Positions 46,212 through 58,053 of a stretch of 64,000 nucleotides of DNA are shown in pieces. The position numbers and the translations under genes are program-made. This stretch comes from a virus, in IMG/VR virus record IMGVR_UViG_3300034122_002094; one strand, 5' to 3'. The number at the start of each line of letters is the position of its first letter. The first letter of the stretch is position 1. The notes under the pieces are model-generated. The model saw nothing but the letters and a program-made list of their open reading frames with translations, searched no databases and was not told the DNA's origin.

Positions 46212-47622
46212 AAACTCGTTGCATCAAAATTAGTGCTGCTGTATAAAATATGTATGGCAGCGCTGATGCTTTCCACAACAACAAAATAGAGGCATGTCAT
46301 GGGTTTGAGTGATAGAAAAACGGTCGAACATAAGCCTCGTCGGTTTGTATGCACTGGAGAAGGCTTTTTGCTCTGTGCTCGCCCCTACATCGGAGAGCCG
46401 GATCTTGTTCGCATCCCAGAAGATCGCCCCCGACGCATAAGCGACGAGGTCGGTCGCACTGGAGATCACATCTTTATGATGCTCGTCGGTCAAAAGATCG
46501 ATGCTGAGACTCTACGGCAGCGCGTCATCAAGTATCAAGACGAGTTCAAGATCATCGGTGCTTATTACAAAGGGCACTTTGACCTCGCACTCCAAAGAGC
46601 GATCGATGAGGGACGAGTGTTCAAGGATGGTGATCTTTATCACCTCGCAGACAAGTACAACCCAAAGAAATAAAAGGAGGATCTCATGCCAAAAGTATCA
46701 GAGAATGTAAGACGACTGTCGCGCGACACAGGGCTCTCTCAGGCGATCGTCAAGCGGTTCGAGAAGATCAACCCTGAGACCAAGGCCCTGAACCTGGCGG
46801 TCTACCAGCACTGTGATCCAGAGGGCATTGGCGCGTGTCAGTGTCCCGTCTGTGGCGGTGCTCCTCGCGTGTGCCTTGACATGAACGGGATGCCGATGAA
46901 GTCTCCTGTCAGTCAAGGCACAAGCCCCGAGGCCCATTCTCGGTTCGGTGGCTTGCTCCACAGTCTCGGCGCAAACAGCGCTGTCCTCGCACTTCGCGAC
47001 CGCTCACAACGTGACCCACGCTAGGAGATCATCATGTCAATCAAAGTCACGATCAACCTCGTACCCTACTATGATCGTCGGGCGATGAGCGAGTCTGGCA
47101 AGAGCCATTATCTCGACTACCACACCTACGTCAAGCAGGTCGACCAACAGCGCGAGGACTATCTCGCTTCGCTGTGTGAAGAAGAGCGTGAGCTTGTGAC
47201 TGGACTGTTCGAGAAGGTGGACGAACAGATCGCCAGCATCGAGCAGTACCTCGCCAAGCTCAAGATGATGCGCCAAGGGTATGAACAGCAGTACCTGCCA
47301 GCGCCAGATAAAACTGCGCCGCTCAAGCGCCCTGTCAAATTTGAGATGGGGAAAGACAATGGCTGAATATATCTTCTTTATCGTATCTGATAAACCTGGC
47401 CATATGACTCAAGGCCTGACAATTCAGGCTCATAATGATCAAGATGCGATCTCGACGAGGCCTCAGTCTGTCACTGTGGAGAGAAAAGGTGCCGCTGGCG
47501 TACAACGCGAAGTGGCCCGCATCGATCACCTGCGCCAGGAGATCTGGCAATTCAAGGATGGCGAGGCGCCGCGCTGCGTCTGGACATCCATCCCCTGACA
47601 TATCGCAATCAAGGCAAGCATC

Positions 47623-48414
47623 ATGGCTGACACCAGCAAGCTCAAGCTCGAACTGTACTCCACCAACAACAGCAAGATCCTCAAGGGCGCTGACCGCTAC
47701 ACGCCCATCGTCTTGCACCTCGCACCTGCCGACCTGTCTGGTTATAACACCTGTCAGGCTGCGTCTGCTGGCTGCAAGAAGGCCTGTCTCAACACGACGG
47801 GCAACGCCCGCTTTCAGACAGTGCAAGCGGCTCGCGTCCGGCGCACCAAGATGTTGTTCGAGGAGGGTCAGCGGTTCGCGCGCATCGCTCGTCGAGACAT
47901 CGATCGCGCTGCCGAGTACGCCGCAGATCATGGTGACAAGCTCGCTGTGCGCAACAACGGCACCAGCGACTTCCCCTGGCATCAGATGCGACACTATGAT
48001 GCGTTCGACGGCATGAGCCTCATCGAGTACATCCACAGCATCGGCGGCATCGTGTACGACTACACCGCCCGCATCCAGTCGCTCAAGTCTGCGCCTTCCT
48101 ACTATCATCTGACGTTCTCCCGCAAGGAGGACAATGATCACAAGGTCGCAGAAGCCATTCAGCTCGGGTTCAACGTCGCAGTGGTCGTCAACAAGGCTCT
48201 CAAGCAGCGGCTGCTCTGCGAGGGCGTCGACGGCTTCCCTGTGATCGATGGTGACATCGACGATCTGAGGTTTGAGGATCGCCAAGGCGCGCTCGTACTG
48301 CTCTCATCCAAGGGTCGCGCGCAGACTGACGACAGTGGCTTCACTATCCAGAAGATGCACCACTTCGACAGCTTCATCCACAACCTATCTCGCAACATCC
48401 GAGGCCTCAAGTGA
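47623..48414 (+). CDS. phage Gp88-like protein (three-Cys motif, radical-SAM-like)
   Basis: TCQAASAGCKKACLN, AVRNNGTSD, YDYT, YHLTFS, NVAVV, IDGDIDDLRF. Confidence 0.75.
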   Translation: MADTSKLKLELYSTNNSKILKGADRYTPIVLHLAPADLSGYNTCQAASAGCKKACLNTTGNARFQTVQAARVRRTKMLFEEGQRFARIARRDIDRAAEYAADHGDKLAVRNNGTSDFPWHQMRHYDAFDGMSLIEYIHSIGGIVYDYTARIQSLKSAPSYYHLTFSRKEDNDHKVAEAIQLGFNVAVVVNKALKQRLLCEGVDGFPVIDGDIDDLRFEDRQGALVLLSSKGRAQTDDSGFTIQKMHHFDSFIHNLSRNIRGLK

Positions 48415-48777
48415 ACATCAAGACAATCGTCACCCGTCTGCTGGCCCTCAGGAGCAACGACATCCGCAGGGCCAGCGATGCGCTGGAGCGCATCCGCGTC
48501 GTCACAGCCTTCAAGGCGCATCGCAACAAGCTCGACGCCAAGGAGTTCGAGGATGCGACCAGAGAGCTCCTGTCGGTTGTCTTTGGTCCTGACTGGGAAC
48601 ATGCAACCTCAGAGACGGTGCGCCGCATCGCAATGATCGATGGCTACGATGAAAGCGTGGCGGTCATCAGGCTCGACCACTGGGGCGTCAATCTGCACCC
48701 GTCTGTCGGGGCAATCCCTGACTTGACAGAAGAAGCAATGGCCGTCGTCACAGGCGCCTGAACAACTGGAGATCAAA

Positions 48778-49409
48778 ATGTCATCGTTCATCTACGAGCT
48801 GTTCAAGATCTGGAAGCCAGATCTTGACTGGCTGTGCAATGAGACGGCTTACGAGTTCAGCAGCGGCCCCATCTCTATCCGTTGTGAACAACTGCCGGGT
48901 CATGGTCGCTACAAAACCACCATCGCAGGGCTCCCAGAGAATCCTGATGTATGTGCTGTCGGCGCGAGCTGCTATGAGGCGATCTGCAACGCTATTGAGC
49001 TGGCACAGAAGGCTGTCGAAGACCCAGCAAAATAGCGCGGTGTATCGAATGTTTTTTGAGACTGTCCCTGATTGCTGATGCAGTTTGTGATAGTCTCAAA
49101 AATTTGCAGCATGAACCAAAAAGGTAAATCATGACTCAAACTATCCTGCCTTTGCTCAAGCGTTGGCGACCCGATCTCCAGTGGCTCGGCAACGAAATCT
49201 GCTATCATTATACTGGCGGCTCGATCAAGGTCGACTGTGTGCAGCTCGCAGGACATGGCCGCTACAAAGCGGTGATTACTGGCGTTGAAGACAGGGCTGA
49301 GGCTGTCGAAAGTATCGGCCCAAGCTGTTACGATGCGGTGCGCAATGCACTCATCGTATCCGGCCTCCATTATGACACCAACGTCGATCACCTCAAGGAT
49401 TCAAGATGA
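48778..49409 (+). other. tandem paralogous small genes 48778-49035 and 49131-49409
   Basis: Shared WxPDLxWLxNE...CxQLxGHGRYK...GxSCYxAxxNA. Confidence 0.8.
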
Positions 49410-50472
49410 AGATCACCGAGAACATGGGTAAGGATGAGAAGATGGCACGCGCGTTCATGTACCTTGAGCGCAATGATGGTGTAGGCGATCCGATCTGGGA
49501 GGACAAGGACTTCGAGCGAGCTGTGTTCGACAACTACCCGTCGCCTCTCATCGAGATCACCGCCAACGCGATGGGAGCGCTCTGCGCCAACCACACAGGC
49601 CAGACTGTTCGTGGCTGGCGCGGCGCGAGCGGCTGGACCAAGATGACTCGGGACATGGTCAAGAAGGCTGAGAACAATGGCTTCAAGCCCTATGAGCCAT
49701 CTGAAGACAACACTGTCTGGCCGATCTTGGTCGATGGCCGGTGGGTCGTTGATCCCTACACTCAGCTCATCAATTTTGCCTTCCGCAAAGACTGGCCTCA
49801 CTCGCACCTGATCGAGATCCTGCTGCTCCAGATCTGGGACTTGCAGTATCGCTCGCACCTCATGGGCAACTCCGACTCCTGTCGAGAGGCCGCTCAGAAA
49901 GCTGCGACGATGTACAGTGGGTTGATGCCGATCTCAGCGGTCGCGCAAGGTCAAATCGTGACCAACTACAACTTCGGTCGCGACATCGCGCGCAGCATCC
50001 TGTTGCTCGCTGAGTGATCGATCTCTAAAATCTCGTTGCAAAAATAATAGTGCTCGACGATAAAGGATAGGCGATGTCTGAAAACACCGCGATGATCAAG
50101 AAAGTTCTGGCTCAGCATCTCAATGACAAAGACACTCCCAAAGAATGGGACATCACTGGAAGCTGCGACCTGTTCAAGGCCGTCAATCAGTGGGAGAGGC
50201 TGTCTGGCATGGTCGCTCGCTCCTATGGCTTCACCGACAAGCCCGGCCAGATCTTCATCAAGTGGATCTGGCCGAACGACAAGAGAGCTCGGTGAGCTCC
50301 TCAAGAATGGAGTGGCGGCGAGCTGCTCGCAACTCCTATCTCAAAGAACCGTCAAGATGGCAGCCACTGTGGATTGTGGCTGCCATCTTGTTTCTTTTTG
50401 GGTGCTGTCAGCTAGAATGTTGCCAGCCTCCACCTCACGAGATCGTAACCAGTCGAAACATCTAGGATAATC

Positions 50473-50922
50473 ATGAAGCGCTACCTGACCCTGTGGCTGC
50501 TCCTGAGTGCCCTCGGGCCAGGATGCGCCGATCCCTCTTCCGATACGGAGGAGATCCGCTTTCGCCTCGTCAACTACAACTTCAAGTCTGGCTGGATCGA
50601 GCTGCCAGAGCTTGGCACTGGGAGGGTCTACGCTGGCGAGCAGACAGACCTTCTCATGGCTGATGTCTCTGGCTCGACAGTCAAGGTCCACATGGAGCTG
50701 TGTGTCGACGAGGTGTGCTCCAGCGGACAGCCAAGAACCTTCATCGCTGACGTCGAGCTCTCGAAGCTGCGCTCTGGGCCAGGTCTCATCGTGGCTCGCG
50801 GTGCTCTGACCAGCAATCTCAACTCATTCGACGTCTTGATCGATCAGGTAGACCGCGACCAGTGGTGCGATGAGCGTCAAGGCGATCAAGACTATCTCAA
50901 GTACAGCATCTGCCAGAGGTGA
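50473..50922 (+). CDS. putative exported protein or lipoprotein
   Basis: MKRYLTLWLLLSALGPGC signal-like N-terminus ending in Cys; lipobox is atypical. Confidence 0.5.
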   Translation: MKRYLTLWLLLSALGPGCADPSSDTEEIRFRLVNYNFKSGWIELPELGTGRVYAGEQTDLLMADVSGSTVKVHMELCVDEVCSSGQPRTFIADVELSKLRSGPGLIVARGALTSNLNSFDVLIDQVDRDQWCDERQGDQDYLKYSICQR

Positions 50923-50925
50923 AAG

Positions 50926-52119
50926 ATGTTCGAGAAGCGCATTGGTTGGACGACAGCACCCAAAGACTATGATTATGGCTGCTCCAAAGAGCTGGCTGTT
51001 GTCGAGGTCGATCTTGATGGCAACGGGAGGATCAAGACCTACCGCCAGATCGAGATCGAAGACATCCCTGCGCGGGTGGAGTATCAGATCAGCCGATACT
51101 TCTCGGGCCTGCACGGCTTCATGCAAGAAGATCCCAGACAGCTCGCCGAGGAGTGGGCTGCCATGCGCGCCAAAATCGCGCTGGAGAACAAGGTCTTCAG
51201 AGAGGCTACTCAGAGAAACTCAATTGTTGAGCTGGAGAGCTTGCTTGGTATCGGTGAGCGCCATGAGAGCGGCGTCGTCTTCGAGGGTCTCAACGCCTCC
51301 TGCATCAGGACCAACTTGAAGTCTTTGAAGCTGCGAGAGCGGCTGAACAAAGAAGAGGCTGAGTTCCTGGCTCGCACCGCTGCGGCGAACCTTGGCCCTC
51401 AAGTGATCGTGTTCCAGACACCGGGCAAGCAGGCCGTGCCAAACGAGCTCCTGCATCCTGTGACGACCTTTGTGGAGCCCGACAGGTCTTCCCCAGAGGC
51501 GCTGGAGCAGCACTACCAAGAGCTCAAGAGCGATGAATCCGACTGGTTCGGTGGCAAGAAGGTCCGACCGCTCTTCATGCGCTTGGTGAAGATGCCCGTT
51601 GATGTCGAGTGGTCGGATCACGGCGACTATCTGCTTGTCAATTTTGATGGCAAGAGCATCAGACTGGATGAGTGGTATGATCTGCTTGACAGCGGCGCCC
51701 TGCTGCCCTATCAAGGGGAAGCGCTGCCCGAGGCTGTGCTCGCCCAGATGGACCTTGCTCTTCAGGGCAAGAGCCGCAACAAGACGGGCCTTGATTGGCT
51801 AGACTGTGGGCGTGTTACTGTGAAGGGAGAGGTCTACTGGTGTAACATCCGCGACATTCGGTGCCCTTGGTCATCGCATGACAAGTGGGGCTTCTGGTCT
51901 GTCGAAGGCAACTCTCTCACCAAGGTTCGCACTGGATCGAAGCTGCACAAAGAGATCCTGGAGGCGATCTCGCTTGTCCCAAGCTGTGTCGAGTCGATCG
52001 GTCACGTTCTGCTGGGCGATAGACGTCCGCTCAACACTGGCTATCGTCTCAACGCCTGGGACTGGCCCATCGACAGGATCAATCACGTCATCAAGTGGTA
52101 CGGCGAGGTTATCCCATGA
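50926..52119 (+). CDS. hypothetical protein
   Basis: 397 aa; GAGG RBS. Confidence 0.75.
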   Translation: MFEKRIGWTTAPKDYDYGCSKELAVVEVDLDGNGRIKTYRQIEIEDIPARVEYQISRYFSGLHGFMQEDPRQLAEEWAAMRAKIALENKVFREATQRNSIVELESLLGIGERHESGVVFEGLNASCIRTNLKSLKLRERLNKEEAEFLARTAAANLGPQVIVFQTPGKQAVPNELLHPVTTFVEPDRSSPEALEQHYQELKSDESDWFGGKKVRPLFMRLVKMPVDVEWSDHGDYLLVNFDGKSIRLDEWYDLLDSGALLPYQGEALPEAVLAQMDLALQGKSRNKTGLDWLDCGRVTVKGEVYWCNIRDIRCPWSSHDKWGFWSVEGNSLTKVRTGSKLHKEILEAISLVPSCVESIGHVLLGDRRPLNTGYRLNAWDWPIDRINHVIKWYGEVIP

Positions 52120-52279
52120 TCATCATCATCCGCTCAAGTAAGCAGCTCGGCAAGCCCAAGGCGCTCTGGTCAGCCGCTTACATCCAAAAGAAGACAGACG
52201 TTCTCAAGATGAAGATCAGCATCGCAGAAGAACGTCTGGCCTCTCTCTACCGTGAACTCAAAGCACTGGATCAAACACC

Positions 52280-54034
52280 ATGAAGATCATCATCCCCGAG
52301 ACCAAACACTTCGTCTTCAGCCTGCACAGTTGCTCCGAGGTCAACTCGAAGTCAGAGCGCTACCTCGCCACCGCGAAGGCTTCGCATGGCAAGAACATCT
52401 CAAAGTATGAGAGGCTCGCCGACTATAAAGTTGAGCTGCTCCCTGTGACACTGAACTATTCGCCTCAGCAGAATGAGCGGAGCGAGCAGTACAAGGTCGG
52501 AGGTAAGATCCGCATTGAACTGGAGGCTGCCCGCGCGCTCGTGACTGGATCGCCATTGTATGGCGTGGTCACTGAGGTCGTGGATCACGTCATCGACTTC
52601 ACGCCGATCGCTGAGACGATCGACAAGATGATGTCGAAGCTGAAGATCCCTGATGGCGTGACTGTGTTGGTCTACCCGTCAGCCTGGTACTTTGACATGA
52701 GCAAGTGGCGCAATGTCGAGCAGCTCCATCGGTTCGATTTTGATATGAACGTCATGTTTGTCTATGAGGACAAAAACGGCGTCGAGCATACCGAGCTCGG
52801 GGCAAAGAACTCTCAGGACAAGATCGAGTTCTCTGGCAGTCTCTCAAGACACAAGACATCTGCGGGAATCCTCGTGTCTCATCAGCTCGGCACGATCACC
52901 CAGAAGATGGTGGACTACTCGCTTCGCAGCATGGAGATGACGAGGGCTGGCTTCATCGAAGGTCTGACACCGAAGCAGGTCGCTGGGCTTGAGAGAAAGC
53001 TCAGCGCAGCTCAGGACAGGGTCAGCGTCATGCTGGAGCAGATCCGTGAGCAGTACCAGGCTCTCTACGGCAAGGCACCGACTAACGAGATCCTGCTGGA
53101 GCTGCTGGGCATCGAGCTGGATGAAGAAGACAGCGAAGACGACCAAGACTGATAAACTGAAGGAGCACCTATGAAGATCATCGTAAACAGCGTTGCCACC
53201 AACTTCACGTTCCTGTTCGCTCACCCACCGACTGATCGCTGGTCGCCGCCCATGACCCTCGATGCAGAAGAGATCGAGACAGTCAAGAAGTGGAATCAGG
53301 AGTTTATGCAGACGCTGCGGAAGATCTCTCGCGTCGATCTGAGGCCCCTCTCCAAAGAGTTCTCAGTGATCGGCAGGCCAGGGACAAGATGCTCCACGGC
53401 CAAGGTGGGAGCCAAGTTCGAGCTTGAAGGTGCTGGCGAGCAAAAATACGACATGGGAGCTCGCCAGGTCGAACTGATCGCTCGCCATGAGATGACGCTC
53501 GATCTGACGCCACTCTACCAGTACCTCGAAGAGCTGTTTGCCAGTATCGTGTTGCCAGAAGGTGTCAGACCGCTTGTAATGTTTGAGCGCGATCCCTTTG
53601 ATAGCTACAAGATCATCGATCAGATCTGCAATAACAATGGCGTCAGGGGCTGCCATGAGCCTTTGTTGTTGTTCTATCTCTCCGAGAAAGATGGGCGAGC
53701 GGTGGCTGTCAGAGCGATGAAGAACTCACAGAACCCTGTGAAGCTCGTCTGTTCGGTAAACAGTGGCGCCGATGAGGATTCTATCAAGATGACGATGCCA
53801 TCGAATGGTACGTTGTCACAGAAAGGCGTCGATCTCTCGCTCAAGCCGCTGGCCTCGTTCTTTCAAGGCTTTGCTCAGGGGCTCGATCCTCACTCGATCG
53901 AGCGCATCAAGAAACAGTACGAGGCTTCCAGGCAAGCCTATATCGAAGCTCACAAAAATCTCTATGGAACAGCTCCTGAGGCTCTGACAAGTCAGGCGTC
54001 TGAGCCTCATGATGATGAAGCTGACGATGAATAA
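52280..54034 (+). other. tandem paralogous genes 52280-53152 and 53171-54034
   Basis: Shared KVG, DxTP, KNSQ, GTxxQKxVDxSL, LYGxAP and acidic tails. Confidence 0.8.
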
Positions 54035-54762
54035 CACCCTGACGAGACCCGAGCGCAAGATGCTGCGCTCGGAGAAGAAGCGAGCAGGAGCTGAGCGGCG
54101 CGCTGAACGACTTGAGATCGAGGTTGCCTCACTCAAGGAACAGCTCGAAGCCGCTCAGCGCAAGATCAAACAACTTGAATGGGAGGTCCACAACCTGGAG
54201 TTCCCACCAGAGCCGGAGAGATGGTGATGAGTGATGAGACTGAAGAGATGGAAGGTGAGGAGGAGCTGTGCTGGGGCTGCCAGCGCGAACCTGTCGGCCC
54301 CTACAAGGACGATCAAGGATGCCCTGTGTGCATCGACTGCTATCGTGAGAAGCATGACGAGGAGGTGACAAGAGAGGTCATCACTGAACGGCAGGAGCAA
54401 CGCCGCCACTTCTACGATGAAGACCATGACGATACCCAGGGCGATGTTCAGTGGAGCGAAGATCTGAGGCTCTACCATCGCAAGCTCAACGATGCGCTGG
54501 TGCGGTCTGACTATGAGCAGCTCAGGCGCAGGGCCATCCAACTGGCGGCAATGTCTGTGGCGCTCGTACAACATCTGGATAGAAAAGACAGATAACTCAA
54601 GGATAGCATCATGGATCTGATCGAAGAGATCTCTCGTGCCTCAGCGTTTGATGAAGCCTTTGTCCGGCTCGATGAGCGCTGAGACCATCGGTGTGTTGGT
54701 CAAGCTCCTTGGTCATGTCATCAGGCTCGAAGGCCTTGGTGACTCCTGCCACGAGGTCGCAC

Positions 54763-55155
54763 ATGGAAGATAGACAGTGGGCGATTCTGATGAAGCTGCG
54801 TGATGGCTTTACCGCCGAGACAGCTCATCCGAATTGGCCTTTTGACCCTGCCTGCCCAGCCTATGGACAGTGCGGGGCGGCGGCGCTGGCCTCACAGTTG
54901 ATCGCTCCAGACGTCGAGATCTACAAGGGTCGAGTGGGTCCTTGGACCCACTACATCTGCAAGCTCGGCGAGCACTGGTTCGACCTGACGGCTGATCAGT
55001 TTGAGATCAGACCGTTCTGCGGCTGCGATCATCCCTACTCTGGCAAGTGGAAGCTCGTCAAGATCAAAGACAAGGGCACGCGAGAGCGCGCTGAGCAAAT
55101 CCTTGTCAATGCTTTTGATAATCTTCTTGGTAAAATCCTCTCAGGAGAAGTATAG
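54763..55155 (+). CDS. YunG-like protein
   Basis: WxxxxxPAYGQCxxxAL...THY...DLTADQF. Confidence 0.65.
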   Translation: MEDRQWAILMKLRDGFTAETAHPNWPFDPACPAYGQCGAAALASQLIAPDVEIYKGRVGPWTHYICKLGEHWFDLTADQFEIRPFCGCDHPYSGKWKLVKIKDKGTRERAEQILVNAFDNLLGKILSGEV

Positions 55156-55449
55156 CACCATGAACTATGAAACGCAAAAGAAAAATCACGCTGGTTACAT
55201 CCTGATCATGACGACGATGTCTGGCGAGCGGTTCTATGCTGGAAAGAAGAAGGTCATGACCAAGGCGCTCCCCGCCACAGAGTTCCTCTTCGAGACGGTC
55301 GAGGAGGCCCGAGCGTTCGACAGGGAGCTCCAGAGGCGCTGGGCGCAGCCTGGCTTCTGCGGCCTGAGCTGCTTCGTCTCGATCCACGAGGTCGTCCAGA
55401 AGGGCCAGAAGAGGCAGGTGTGCCATGAAGAGGTCTGACGACACCAGTT

Positions 55450-55889
55450 GTGTACCGGCTGAATCCATCGACCCCTCCAGACAGCCGGTACACCCTTAAA
55501 CCTTTGCACTGCTTTTATTTTCATTGGTGGATCATGGAGCGTGTACAAGCGTGTGTCGGCAAGACCCGGTACACGCTTTTCCTTTTGTTTATCAGTCGTT
55601 TAATACAGAAAACAAGGGCGTGTACCGCCACTCTGGGCTCTTTCTTTATATTTTCTAAGAGAGCACAAGAAAAGAGCACGGCCCCCCGGTACACGCACTG
55701 TTGAGCATACAGAAACTATTTACACTGTGACACTTTAGGTGTGTACCGGGCCAGCTTGCACACAGTCGGTACACAGCCCGATTTGCCCGGCACACACCTT
55801 TCTGTTGACACAAGCTATCGAAGCGATCTATAAAGTAAAAAGCGTGTACCGGCGTTAAAAACCACCGTGTACCGCCCCACCCGGTACAC
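55450..55889. repeat. iteron-like repeat cluster, candidate replication origin
   Basis: Ten GTGTACCG/CGGTACAC copies in 440 bp around AT-rich spacers. Confidence 0.8.
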
Positions 55890-56441
55890 ACCATAGGAGC
55901 TACCGTGTCGAATCTGCAAGTGATGACGATCGAGAAGACCCGCAACCTTGCTGGGGTCGATGCTGAAGCGTTATGCGCCAAGCACCCAGACGAGTACAAG
56001 ATGATCTACGACGCGATCTTTCAGAGCATTTTTGCCAAACGACGCAGGGCCATGATCGCTGTTCCCTTCGTGCAGCTCGCGATCGTTGAAGAGCTGCTCA
56101 AAGAGCTGGGCTTCACCTCTGATCGTCATGTCGTGAAGGACAACAAGCAGTGCGTCATCTGGGAGTGGTGACCATGAAATACTATGACGGCAAGAACTTT
56201 TTAACTGGCGAGCTCTACGACTTCAGCGTCGCCGCCCTCGATAGTGACGAGGCCGAGTCGATCTTCGCCTACTTCACTGACCAGCCGATCAGCCAGGTCT
56301 CTGTCAGTCGGATCGACCTGACGAGCCTGGACGATGAAGGTCGGAGAGACGCTCTGGAGCGTCGTGACACCTTCCTCGAAGAAAGCTAGACCAACACACA
56401 TACCACAGTAACAAACGCCTCTGCGTCGCTCTACGGAGCTC

Positions 56442-57470
56442 GTGGAGGCCATTATGAGGTGCCTTATGAGCGAGATTGTACTGATTGACTTCCGAACCAG
56501 CCATGCGTCGCTGTTCGAGAGCGTGCGCCTGCTGAACTCAAACGAGAGCGCGTGGTGGATGACCTCTTTGTTGTTTCCTGCGGCAGTCGCGGCAGGCTCC
56601 AACGGCAAGAAGGACAAGTCCCAGCCCAAGCAACCTGTCCAGTTCCCGAGGATGCTCGGCGCCAAGGGTCAGATCCCGTTCGACGCTCTGATCGAGCAGC
56701 AGATCCTCGATCGTGAATCTCAGGAGCCTCGCTATCAAGCTCACCGAGCAGAGAGTGAGGCGATGCTGACTCAGTTGTTGGCCGAACGCTTCATCGGTGA
56801 TGGGCTTGTCATGCTGGAAGAGGCAATGGTGCTCATCCAGAGCCAGATCCGCCAGACCGAGCATTCGGTGGTCACAAGACTCCTGCGCCGCCCCGGTCGT
56901 CCGACTGTGGCCGTGTATCAAGAGGTGGATCTGGCCAATCCGCTTGGCCCTCTGATCTCAAAGCTCAAGCTGCGCGATCTGAGCGACGAAGATGTCAGGT
57001 TTGAGAACCTGCCAGAGAAGACGCGAAACGCCCTGATCGGCGTGGCGGCGAGACATCGCTACGCCATGTCGCAAGGTCTTGAGAAGCTTCTGGAGGCCAA
57101 GCTGTTGATGGAGGTGCCGCACCGTCTGGTGGGCTTTCAGGACAGCGTCTCAGCGAACACTGAGTTCATGACGAGTCTCTTCAGCTTTGCGAGGGATGAG
57201 CGTGAGTGGTGCTCCGCTCTCATCGACAGCATCCGTCAGATGCTTGATCTCACAGACGAGGACATCGTCCGACGTGTGCTGTTCAAGCTGGAGTGGCGCC
57301 GGTGTATGCTTGTGACCCTGGCGAACGCTTGCCAGCTCAAGGTCGACACTGAGACTCAGACCTCAGCTCATTCCTGGCCCATCGAGGTCATCTCGGAGGT
57401 TGGTGAAGACCTTGTGTATCGAGGCACCATCTATCAGAGCTGGATCGACTTCCGACCAGACACACTATAA
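56442..57470 (+). CDS. hypothetical protein
   Basis: Up to 342 aa; exact start uncertain. Confidence 0.7.
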   Translation: MEAIMRCLMSEIVLIDFRTSHASLFESVRLLNSNESAWWMTSLLFPAAVAAGSNGKKDKSQPKQPVQFPRMLGAKGQIPFDALIEQQILDRESQEPRYQAHRAESEAMLTQLLAERFIGDGLVMLEEAMVLIQSQIRQTEHSVVTRLLRRPGRPTVAVYQEVDLANPLGPLISKLKLRDLSDEDVRFENLPEKTRNALIGVAARHRYAMSQGLEKLLEAKLLMEVPHRLVGFQDSVSANTEFMTSLFSFARDEREWCSALIDSIRQMLDLTDEDIVRRVLFKLEWRRCMLVTLANACQLKVDTETQTSAHSWPIEVISEVGEDLVYRGTIYQSWIDFRPDTL

Positions 57471-58053
57471 TGTCGTTGACAAATAAATAGTGCTGCGCTA
57501 TCAATGAATGGTCGGTGGGAAAGCTCACCGACCATTGCTTTATCTGGAGTTCATCATGATAAGCTGGTGTGAGCTCGTCCCCGGATGCACCTACCTCAAG
57601 AGCGCTGAATATGATCTCAGCTACTGCGAAGAGCAGATCCTTGACTGTCTCGCGGATAATTGCGCAGCGCACCTCTGGAGGATTTCTCGGGCTCTTGAGA
57701 CCATCTACATCTTGTCTGCTCGCAAAGCCAACAGAGCTGGTCACAGGCTGGAGGCCCTGCGCCTGTCAAAGAAGGCTCAAGCCGAAAGAGAGCGAAGACA
57801 AGTATGTGCAGGATAACATGAAAGATCATCACACTGAGAAGACTCAAGGATACGCGATCGTCTACAAGAAGACGCCCTGGGTCAATGTCGGCTGGTTCAA
57901 TCTATACGAAACAAAAGCTCAGGCTCAAGCTGAACTTGAGAGACAGGCCAAGACAGAACGACACACAGGCCGCAACGAGCAGAAGTGGCGCGATGCCGTC
58001 ATGATCGTCAGGGTCACAAGAACAGTCACAGCACACGTTGAAGAGGAATCCGA

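Noticed and set aside
54611-54772. Possible programmed frameshift joining MDLIEE.. to ..SAETIGVLVKLL
   Set aside because: No slippery sequence; could be a decayed gene, two tiny ORFs or a sequencing error.
55450-55889. CRISPR array
   Set aside because: Repeats are only 8-9 bp, occur in both orientations and are irregularly spaced.
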